DNA of 64,000 nt from Octopus sinensis (lineage: Eukaryota), in assembly GCF_006345805.1 (NCBI RefSeq), contig NC_043007.1, positions 63,240,001 to 63,304,000 of the forward strand. Direction: 5' to 3'. The notes under the pieces were generated by a model. It was not told the origin of the DNA. It did no database searches and saw nothing but the letters and a program-made list of their open reading frames with translations. Of the stretch, positions 12,801 through 24,800 are shown piece after piece. Position 1 is the stretch's first letter. Each line of letters begins with the position of its first letter. Made by a program: the position numbers and the translations under genes.

Positions 12801-15800
12801 TGCTATGAATGGTAAAACATTCAATCTAGTATTCTGGAAGATGCTGGTTGAAATAATTAAGCATGTACATGTCTATGCCAATGTAACGGAGCCCTGGCTT
12901 GCATCATGGAGTCTGGTGCTTATCCTAATTGGGCAACAACCAAATGGATAGCATGTGAAAGTAGGTGGACCATTTGTTTTGAATTACTATTTATAGCTCA
13001 GTTTTCCATATTTTGTGATAACTAGTGTGTGTATATATATTAGATACATACTCATGTGTACAGTTGTAGATTTGTGCCTGTTCTTGTTCACAATATGCTA
13101 TCCGAAGTAGAAAGGCTGGCATCAAGTTGCAAAACACTACCACATAAGTATGCTTGCATACAGGTGGTGTACAGCCCAAAATACACCATGGTATCCTCAG
13201 TCTGCTTTCAGACATCAGTGAGACTGAGATAGCAAGAGCTGAATTCAATTTTTTTTTATGGTAGCTAAGCTGCTTAATGTGAAGGAATAAGACAGTGATC
13301 AGAAGAGTTACCATATGGAAGCAGTGGAGGGCAAGTGTGAGGGGAAGATTTAACAAGTATATAGCAATAATCAGTAAATGATATTGTTCCTTAATATCAG
13401 TATTAATGGACAGTGAGTGAGCGAATAATTGTGAAATTTGTGCTAGGAAAGGTAACGAACATTTTGGTATGTCCCTGTGAGCAGGTCAGTGTCAAAGAGA
13501 ATGTTTGGCTGGAGGGGATTTGAGATAATGGAAAAGATGAAGGGATTTTAGAGTTAGTTTGTTAATCTATACTAGCTGTTTCTGGTGCCACCAACACGGA
13601 AGCCAGTCTAGGCGGCGCTGGCATCGTATGCATGTAATATAAAACATTTGTGTGAAATATCCACTTTATTATGTAATTGCATTGTCCTAAGAAAAATTGA
13701 GGAGTGCTTAAGGTATTTAAGATAATTAGAATAGTAAAATAAAAGTTCTGTTCGAATGAAATTCAAAATTGCTCTTGTTGGATGATACACATTCTTGTTG
13801 GTGCAAGAGAAAAAGATTATTTGCATTCATGGTGGATTTCACATTTTTGTAAGAATTTACATAAAAACTTATGAAAATTTTTTTCCTGTCAATGAACTAT
13901 AACAACTGACTCCATTGTGTTAATAGTAGTGTTCACTAGAGTGATTTATCCTGAAGCACTGCCCTGGAATCGTCCAATATTTTCTTTATAGCTTTTTTTT
14001 TTTATGCCAGGCATTCTCTGAAAAGAAGTTTGTTCTATTCATGACAATTTGGATGTTTTTTCCCCTCTTTGTAATTGTATTGGTACAACTGCTGTTGATA
14101 TGGTTAAGTTAGTATATTTTCTGTTAGTATCCCAAGTAACAATTTTAAGTTTGCAAATTTGATTAATTACAACCAGTTGATACTGATGTTTTTTTTACAT
14201 AGCTTTATTTTACCATTTTGAAAATTTTGCATAGGTAGGAATATTTTTATAAAGCCCACTCATTTCTTGCAGATGAAAAAGAGAAGAAAGCCCAAAAACG
14301 AAAGCGTTCCCGTTCTAAAGAAAGGAGGTCAAGAGATCATTCTCGTCGTTCAACATCTCGATCTCGTGATCGTGGAAGGCATTCACCAAGGTCTGATGCT
14401 TTTACAATAGATTTCAGAAATTTTTTCTTTCTATTGGTATTACTATTAAGAAAAATATTTAGATTGGACTAATCATTCACCTGAGTTGAGTTTAATGTAG
14501 GAGTTATGATGGATAATGCCAATTAAAAATGGATTTCAGAATATTTTCAAGGTTTTTAATAAAAGAAAATTGCTTTAAAATTCAATCTACTCTATGCAAG
14601 AAGTGAATCAAACTAAATATTTGGTTTGAAACACTATTTGTAGGGATATCCAGTAAAGATGGAAACAGATTTATCACAATATTGCCTATGAAATTAGTTT
14701 GTATAATTACTAATTTAAGAGCCTATATATGAACCCCCTGGTCAGTTGTTTGAATTGCATTTTGGTCTTTAGGATAATGTCCTGAATGCATTGCTAGAAA
14801 AGAAAACTTGACTGAAGTCCTCTTTGAACTAGACTAACATGGGACTAATCAACTAGGTCTATGAACAATATTACTGTTTTCTTTGTGCTCCTTTTATTGT
14901 AACTGTGACTAACGTTAGATATTTTTCTTCTATCTTGTGGCTGTATTGTTAAACCAAACATGCTGATTTATTCCAAATTGTTACTTATGCTATGCATTTA
15001 ATTTCCAGGAGAAGTCCTACAGCTAAAAAAGTGGAAATGGAAGATGACAGTTGGGTTCAGTCAACTGAAGTTATTTTGGACAGATGTAAGTTTTTTTCTT
15101 CACAAATTGTCTTTATTCAAAACTCGTCATCTTGTAAAATCTTTTGCTATGTACTAAAGTAATTTTCATCTTCATTCTGAATTTTTCATTATTCAGATAA
15201 TTCTGACTTGAATCTTCGTATTGATGAGAGCAATGTTAAGGCACACCCCCTCACTGCAGATGGTTTTGCTTTCATGTGGGCTGGAGCACGATCAAGTTAT
15301 GGTGCTGTAAATGGCAAGATTGCTTTTGAAGTTAAAGTGAGTGTTCAACATCAAGTTCTAATTGACATAAGTATTAGATTCTGAATTATTGATATTAAAT
15401 TTGACTTGAATCAGTTTTTGTTTTGATTTCTCAGACAAATGAGCATCTGCTCATTTGACTTTTTGACTAAAGCAGTTAGTCCTATTTATTTGTGATAATC
15501 ATTAGAAAAAAATTATAGATTTGATTGCTAATTTGAAATATAAGGGGAAACTATAAAGCTGAAAATATTTCTACTTCAGATTGGAGAAGAGCTCAATGTC
15601 AGTCATTTACCATCAGAAGAACCAAACCCAAATGTTGTTAGAGCTGGTTGGTCAACAGATGCCTCAAATTTACAATTAGGTGAGAATATTCAATAGTTGA
15701 TATCTTTTCTAGAAGTTATTTTTATTAGTCCTTTTGTTACTAACCTGCCTGTGACTACGTCTGGTTCTAGGACACAAGCATCCTGTTTTAAAGTTAGCTA

Positions 15801-18800
15801 AATTCAAATCTTCCATCAAAGTTTCATGCTGATTTAAGTTCTAAGCACCAGCTTAATAATGACAAAATTATTTCACAAATTAATTGATGCAGAGGTTGTA
15901 GATTCAGAAATATGGTAATGAAAAGATTAAAATCACTCTAGACTGAAGCAGTATTTTGTATTTTCATGCCTTGTTTAAATCAGAAATCTAAAGTGATTTT
16001 AAGTGTTTCAAAATTATTAGAAAATGTTAAATTAGTATATCACACTCTCCCCTCTTTCTGTTACATTTATTGAACCTAAATGATAAGGTGATTATTAACT
16101 TCTAATTCTCAGGGGAAGTGCCACTTTCCCATGGATATGGAGGAACTGGTAAAGCTTCAACAGATTGCAAATTCAAAGATTATGGTGAAAAGTTTGGCAG
16201 TGGTGATGTTATAACTTCTTATTTGGTAAGTTAGAATTGTCTAAATTTTATTTTAGACTTAGATACTATTAAATGATCAATTGTTAAATATTTTAACATA
16301 GATATACAAAGCGATCTTCCATGTATCAATAAATATATATATACACAGGCTTTATTTTAGATATCTTTCATGTTTTGAAAGCTTTTTATCATGCTATAAG
16401 TTTAGTAAATGTTTATTTGATGATTTTAGGACTGGGAAAGTGATCCCCCAACCATTTCCTTCAGTAAAAATGGAGAAGACCTTGGTGTTTGTTTTGAAAT
16501 TGACCGCGAGGAAATTGGAGAAGCTGCTCTCTTTCCTCATATTTTGACTAAGAACACTGAATTTGAATGCAATTTTGGACAAAAAGTAAGTTTTGTTTGG
16601 TTTTGGTATTATATATACTGGAGAGACATTTGTACACTTAAGCTTTTTTGCAAACCCCAAAACAGTAGAATAAGCTGTATATACATACTTATGTTTCTTA
16701 AGGTTTTCAGATACTTTGTAATAACAAATGGATAAACATTTCTTAATGCTTCACTTTTGTCAAAGGATAATTTTCTTTGATAAATGAAATGTATGCTATC
16801 TAATTAAAATACAATATATTGATCCTTTTAAAATCGTTAAAAAATTGCTAATTTGAAGCAAAATTTATAAAATGTAAAATGATAGTGTGACAGTCTGACA
16901 TGCTCTAAGCTAATGGTAAATATCCACCTGGGAATGCCACAGAAAACTATTACATTTTTTTTACCATCTCCTAGAGTTAAGCATGATTTTTCTTTTTTTC
17001 TTCTGTGAGTTGTGTGTTATTTGCAGCAAAATTTCTAAGCCACCTGTTCATCATGTAGTTAAGCCTCTAACTTATCTGGGGGGTTTTTTTTTCTGCATAT
17101 TCTTTCCACATGGTTGCCCAACATTTTATCCATCTTTCTTCATATGCATAACATGTCCATGCCAGCTTGGTCTTCTCCTTAGCACACTACATTTATTCCT
17201 CTTGTGTAATTCAGTTTTACTAACAGCTCAGTTGTGTTCCATTGAGGCACAGGGTCATATTGCGCAGCAGTTCTTACCATTTAAGAACATTCATGAAATA
17301 GTTTAATGCTTAAAAAGCAGCCCAGAATAGTTTGCTCATTTCTAGACTTTGCTTTTCTCATGAATATTTTTTAGAGTTCCTTTGATACACCTGTCTGTGA
17401 GTACTTTTCATTTCAAATAGTCTAAACAGGGCTGGCCAACCTGAGGCCTGGACCTGCAAACTTTTGTCATGTGGCCTGCTTGATACTTTCTTGAACTATT
17501 GTTTTAAATTTAAAATAAAATGTTTGTGTAAAACATTTGTTTCAAAATAAATTTAAAATTTATGTAGCAATAAAGCAAAAGCCTACAACTTTATAATTTT
17601 AAACAAACAAAAAGTATACAAATGGCCCTCAAAAAACTTTGATTCTAGTTGGACAGACTTGGTCTAAACTAAAACCTGTGCAACCCAGAACATCTTGGGC
17701 AACTGATCTGCTTGTCCCAGGATGTGTCACTTCTTTCTCCAAATGTTTTGTCTCAGTCCATTTGCCTCTTTGCTTGGTATGATGAGTCACTACCATGTGT
17801 GAAATAGTATTCGCCTTGGATGTATTCAAAACCAATTATCCTGTTCCCAGGTCAATACAATGTTGTAGTTGCTTGATTTGAGGAGACTATCTTGTTTTTA
17901 CTGAATTCTCTTCCTGAAAATGAGTTTTCATTTTGAGTGCTGTTATCTGATTTATTTATTACCATTTTATATCAAGTTTTCCTTGCTGTCACAGGTAGCT
18001 GTGGTGCATTTTATTGTGCCACAGATATTAGTAATCCTGTGCAAAGAGGCTATGGAGGTCTCTCTATCCTTTATTAGTTCAGTTTACACACTGGAAATTC
18101 AAAGTACACTTCACATTATACTTCTAGAATTTTTGATTAGTAATCAGTAATTCAAAACTCTAATTTCATTGTTGTGAGTGAAAGTGGTTCTTTCTAGCAT
18201 ATTATACATTGGTTTTATTTCGGTTTGATCACCTTATAAAGATGCATTAAAGCCTGTTGCTCTTCAAATAAGAATGTAACTACATTAATCATACTGAAAA
18301 AGAAAAAAGTTATACTTGGGGCTTATATTTTTTATATACACACACATTTACACGCACATATTTTAATTTTAATTTTTTTTTTTTTTTCATTTGTAGGAAG
18401 AGCCATGGTTCCCATTAAAAGATGATTTCATATTTTTATCTACAGTATCTTTAGAAGAGCGTGTGAGAGGCTCGTTGCCACCTGCTAAAAAAGAGGAATG
18501 TGAAGTATGTGAAATTGTTCACGTTGATATAATTTAAAATTTTCCCTGTTTAAACATTAACTGCTATAAAAGTATGTAATAATTGTTAGAAACTTAAACA
18601 CTTACTGTTAATTTGTTATACAGATATGATTCTTGTATCATATTCCATTCAATTTATCCAGTTAGATTGTAAATTGGTGTCTGCTTATTTATTTTTTTTT
18701 TCATTTTACCGTTAGTAAAGATGCTTACTGACAATTGTTTTAAATTGATATTATCTTTTGTCAGATTATGATGATGGTTGGCTTGCCTGGTGCTGGTAAA

Positions 18801-21800
18801 ACTTTCTGGGCTGATAAACATTCAAAAGCTAACCCAGAGAAGAAATTCAATGTTTTGGGTACCAATAACATCATTGAAAAAATGAAGGTGGGTATCCCTT
18901 GAAATATATATTGTTTAGCATATCTTAATATTATTGCCAAAATGTTGCATTAAATTTGGCTTTGTAAATTTTATTCAAATAGTCATTACTTTACATACTT
19001 TTGTATGTACTCTATTCTGGTAGCATAAAATTTGGAATCTTACAAATAAATTTGAAGGCATTTTGAGTTACCGTTTAGTTAAAGACGTCATCTTGCTGGA
19101 AATCAGCAAGATGTTTGAGAAAAACTGATAGTTTTGCAGCACTGTTCTATTTCTGTAGATTTTGTGAGACATGTTTGAAGATGTTAAGAATTACACCATT
19201 TCAGTTAAATATCTCTAGATGTAGATGCTTGGGACAATTGATGTATTTTGTTGATTTCCCCACAGTATTCTGTTGCGATGGTTTCACTAAGATTTTTAGA
19301 AATAGTGGATGATCCTATAGGCCAACCTTCAGTTGCTGACCATATATTCATCATGTGACTTTATTTAGTTCAGCATTTTGGTTCTCCACCTCTCTGAATT
19401 CATTTTTGCTTAAATGTTGCCATGTGATTGAGGAACAGATTACGGGGTTCTCTTTTTTTTTTTTTTTTAGCAAGAGAAAAGCACTTGGAAGATATTTTCC
19501 AATGTAGTGCAAGTATTTACTTCTGCAACTTTTGGCATTGATTCACATCAACTGACCCCACCAATTGATCATTCTTTATTTACAGGTCCTTTGATTTACA
19601 TTTTTTAAGGCTCTTGTCTCTTACAAAATCATTAGAATCAGTGTTGAGCTGTACATGTTCTCAGTCTTGTCTTCCATTTCAAACTCTACAATAATACTGC
19701 TCAATTTTGTCTTTTCCTCCATCTTTAATTTGAGTAAAAAATAAGACAGCAGTGGAAGCAGAAATTATTACCATTAACCCTTTCAGAACTATATTTCTGA
19801 CCAAAATACATCCCTCACGAGTTTCAATTGAATTCTAAAATAATCATGAATTTAGACAACTGTAACTTTTTTACTTATCAACATATTAAATGTGATATTT
19901 GGAACATAATTAAAGGGTTCTTAATCAATTCTATTGCATAACTTTTGTCTCAAAGTAATTTTAATTACAGGTAAATCCAGGTAAACTGAGCAAAAGGTAA
20001 AAATATTAAAATTTTGTTTAAACATCACCATAGAAAATGAATCATCAGCTAATATTCAATTGGGTATGCAACAAAATTTTGATATAGAAGAATTGTACAC
20101 ATCACTAGATCATCAGTTGAATTTAATGCTCAACAGAACAAGTGTACCATAAAGGTGAAATACTGGAATCCACCGCAAGTTTGACCGAACTAAAAGAATC
20201 GGTTAAAAAATAATATACGGCCCTGGTTATGGTATAGAAGCGATAAATTCCAGACCGCATCGTACCCTAGGCCATGTTGACTAACATTATTTTCCCTGTA
20301 TAAAAACTAAATCCACAGCAGTACCCAGTATTCACTTCACAAATTTTCCAAACTTTGATCCTCCATTTCGTGGCCTTTCCATGCATATACTGTTTGTTTA
20401 CATTCTGTGCAACAGTTTCTTTCTGCAGTGATCGCTTCAAACAGGCATACTGAAAAAAAAAAAAAAAGTCTAACGATTTTGCTTACTAAGAAAGACTATG
20501 GATAGACCCCCATCTCTTCAGAAAAATTGCTAATAAAAATATTTTAAAAGTATTAACTTCATTCCGATGTAAAATTGTCTTTGCTGTCGCTATCGCTGCT
20601 TTCAGTTTCGGATACAGAAATATCCTATTCTCGTGCACCACGTGTTTTTGTACCTAATTCATTCTTTTTCTCGATCTCCATATTTTCTGTTGAAAAACCT
20701 TTAAATTCGGAATCACTGCTTGATAGCATGAAACTCCTATCCATTTTCAAAGTTAAAAAAAAAAAAAAATCTATGCTGCAGAAATGTGGAAAAAAATCTC
20801 AAAAAATTCACTTAGTTCAAATATCACATCAAACAATGTCGGATACTCTAACTCATATATTTACAAAGTGATCTCACGTATTTTCACAAATATACTAACG
20901 TGATTTGTGCTTAAATTCACATTTAAATAACAATGGGTATTCTCGGCCAGCTTTCACCAGGTTGGTCTTATGAACCAAAAAATTTTACGCCCGGATTAGT
21001 ACCAAAAGAGTTAATCATTAAGAGAAATATGTATTTCAAAATGGTATATTCGTACCATTGACTAAGTTGGAAGAAAATATTAACTGGCTTTCCATGATAC
21101 TAAAAAGGGTTTTTCCAGCAGTGTAACTGTAGATGAATTACATGTTGAATTTCAATATGGAAAAAAGAAAAATTGTATTCCATTTAGTTTAGTGGATTAC
21201 TTGGCAATTTTCTTCAGTTTCCCCATTTTATATCTATCACCTGTTTTTTCAACCTTCAGACTGACTTATTTCTCTTTGTAACACTAGCCCAAACATACTT
21301 TCTGCTCTTTTTCTGCAAGTTAGAGATTGTGGAACCATTTTCACTTACTTGGTTATGGAAAAGCACCTTTTCCTAAAATAGGTTTTGGTTTTTTTTTTTT
21401 TTGGGGGGGGGGGGAATCCTGAAGTTGTCATTTTTCTGTATTTGCTACTTGCCTTATGCTTTTCCTGTAAATCCCTATACTTAAATAATTTTACTAATTT
21501 CTCTTTCTGCACAATTTTTGCAGTTCGCAATTAGATACTGTTAGAAGTGAGAAATCTGTTTTATGTAGAGGTGATAGCAGTTAGTAATAACTGCTAGAAG
21601 CTTTGCAAAGGTTTTTGGTCTTTTGTCAAACATTTGTTTTGAACTATCTGGCCATATTTTTAGCTTACTAGAAAGAAAGTTGTAATGTTATTAGTTTTAT
21701 ATATATTTCTCTAAGCATCTCAAATAGTTTGTATTTGAATTGTCTGTATCAAAGATAGTTCTAAGATGCATTTGTAGTTTTATCTGAACTAAAAATGAAG

Positions 21801-24800
21801 TAAATTTGTATTATTTATAAAGACTACATACTTATTCCCTTAAACTTACATTAATGATATGTTATAAAGACAAAAGAACATCTTTCATGAGAGAACTTAT
21901 TGCTCTGGATTTGCTGCTAGAAATTCTTGTGCTAGCTTTGTATATAAAAAATAGAAATATGGTGAATTTTGACATTATTTTAATGAAATGGGAAAACCAT
22001 TCCAGATTTGTTTCACTTAAATTTTAAATCATGAAGTAACTAATTTTGTAAACCGCTATATTTTATGTAATTAAATAAAGTGATCAAAATATGACTACAG
22101 AAACGGAAATTTTGTCTCAAAACTGCTCTGATTACAGGTATATTTGTGAAATGTTCTAAATCTAACATTATTCATTATTATTAGCTTTCTAAATGCTCAT
22201 ATTTATGGCAATAACCTAATTTTGCCAAGTGTTCTACTTCACATTTTATATAGTCTCAGTGCTATATGGAACAACTGAATTGGAATAAACTAAATGGTCA
22301 ATTGGTTTCAAGCTATAAGGATGACGGGATGTCTTTTGAAAAGAAATCTTATACTTTCTGAAAATCATTGCTTAAACTACCAGTTTGCCATTTTATGTAA
22401 TTGGAACAGTTGGCTCAAAGTACACTGCTTGGTGCATTTAATTTTAATTTATTTTATTTGAAAATTGAACGCTATTAAATTTGACGCTTATACACTCCGC
22501 CAATGGAAGGATACTTCTCCATAGACTCTTAGTTGCACAAATCTGTATTATAAATACAGGAAAGTATATTAAGATGTGAAGAATGTGTTCACTTATTAAA
22601 AAAAAAAATGGTTAATTGGTTTTTGCTTTTCAGTTTTATTTACTTTTAAAAATATTTTCCTCCAAGGTAATGGGTCTACCTCGTAAAAAGAACTACTCTG
22701 GTCGTTGGGATGTCCTCATCGACAAATCTACAAAGTGCCTGAATCGCATGATAGAGACAGCTGCTCGCAAGAAAAGAAATTACATCTTGGATCAGGTATT
22801 GTAAAATTGCTATCTCTCTCTTTCCAGTGTAGATTTTTTTACTCAGTAGGATACTGACATTTTAAGTGTGGAAAATTCTGCTATTTAGGATGTGGCAACT
22901 AAATGTATAAGCATTACTTCATATTTTTCATGCACATCTCATTACCTCAGTTGGAAGTTTAGCTTCACAAGAATGGTAGCAAACCATTGATGCATTGTAC
23001 ATTATTAATCTAAGCAAACAAAAGGAAAAAGGGTTAACATTCAAATTAACTGATATCATTGGTGCATATACAATGTAGCAAATGTTTTTGAAGAAAGCAG
23101 TGATTTTTAACATTTCCTTAACAAATAACAGGAAGAAAGGAAAACACTTGACATTTCAGGATTGTTAATTTAAAAAAATTCTTGAAGCTTTTTACGTTTT
23201 AGCTTAAAGGCGCACTCTAAATTCAGTTGAAAACTCGATCTTGTGTAATAAGATGTGCATTGGCTTCTTTCTCCTTTTGTAATTGGAAAAACTTTTGACG
23301 ATTGGCATTTTTCTACTGCAATAAAGAATTGTCCACTTCTGTAATGGGAAATTTTAGATTATGAAAAATATATAGCAAATATTAATGCAATGTTATTTTA
23401 ACTATTAGTATATTGATGCTGGATATTTGTGGGTTGTTGCAACCTTTTAAGTCTTGAAATCAAGCAATTTTTGTTAAATAATTGGCTGCTTCAATGGTTT
23501 TTCACTTTTCAGTTGAAAATTAGCTGTTATTTATATAAAAATGTTTTTTTTTTTTTTTTTTTTTTTTAACATGCCTCTACATTTTGCACTGAATTTTCAT
23601 GAAGCACAGAAACCTTTATAATCAACCAGTTGCATGTATGAAATCATCAGCCGTATTTCTGGAAATTCTGTCCCCATCCCTTCCCTAATACATATTGCAT
23701 GTTGGTAACAGTAAAATGAGTTTTCTTGTAGCTAATGGCCATCACTTCCGGTGAACATGATGGATTAAACATTGCGGTTTCATGAATAGAGATAACTGCT
23801 TTAATACATTGATGATGTATTTAAATGCATCTAAAACTGATTTCTTTATTTTAACTAATGTGTGGACCACATTTTTCTCTCTAATATACCCACGATGCCT
23901 CAATCCAATATAACAACATTTGGCTTGCAGAATAAGGTCCTTTCTCCTGAGTTACATTCTACGATTTAACATAGGAAGTTTCAGGGGGACATGTGAATGA
24001 ATTTTTGTTTTCTGCTTTCTGGCTGATATTTTTATGAAAGCATTTAAATGATTCTTGAACCCACATTTATTGGACCTGGAGGTGTGAAGAGCAATCTAAA
24101 AGTTTTAATTTTTTTTTCTTTAAAAAATATATGAAAACAACTGTATTGGTCTTTTATTTTACTTTACCACAGTTTTTGTGGTTTTTAAGATTTTTAGAAT
24201 TTGGAAAAAATAATTTTTAATCATAAATTTTATTTTATGCTGAAATAAATTTTTTTTGTAATTTTAATATTACTGAATTATTTTGATAAAAAGAAAATTT
24301 TTTTTTTGTTCCTTTCCAATCTTTTTTAAATTTCATGACTTGCTCCCACAGCTCATAAAATTTCTTTCGCCTTCCTAAGAATGACACTTACAAAAATCCT
24401 TTTTTTTTTCTCTCTCTGTCTCTCACTCTCTTTTTAATAACCTTAAAATACTGAAAATTTTCTCATTCAATCACCTGGGCTTCCTGAACATCCTTGCTGC
24501 TGATGTTTTCAACTGTTTTGTACTGAAGTGCTGCTGCTATAGACATCCCCTGTCCCCAACAAACTCTTCCTTGTAATACTGCTCTTGACTCTTTCTCAAT
24601 AGGTGGACTTCTCTTTCTTTTAAAATAGTCTCTATGAAGCTGGCATTGGTAAGTTCTTGAGTAATTGATTGGGATATTCAGTACAGAAAGTTGATGGCTT
24701 CTGCTGCCTGCTGCGGTCTGATCATTGTTACCACATCGTGCTGGAAAAAGGAACAATATTGATATCTTTTCATTTTAAGAATATATTGCAGATGCAAGAG

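Noticed and set aside
18892-23131. Possible U12-type intron (gtatccctt at 18892; tttccttaac branch at 23113, AG at 23131)
   Set aside because: The donor deviates from RTATCCTT, and the same branch-like motif occurs at about 25698 where no intron can fit, so chance in AT-rich DNA is sufficient.
23755-23840. C/D-box snoRNA candidate in intron 12 (tgatga...ctga)
   Set aside because: The box spacing is too short for the perfect C box, there is no terminal stem, and no recognisable rRNA guide.
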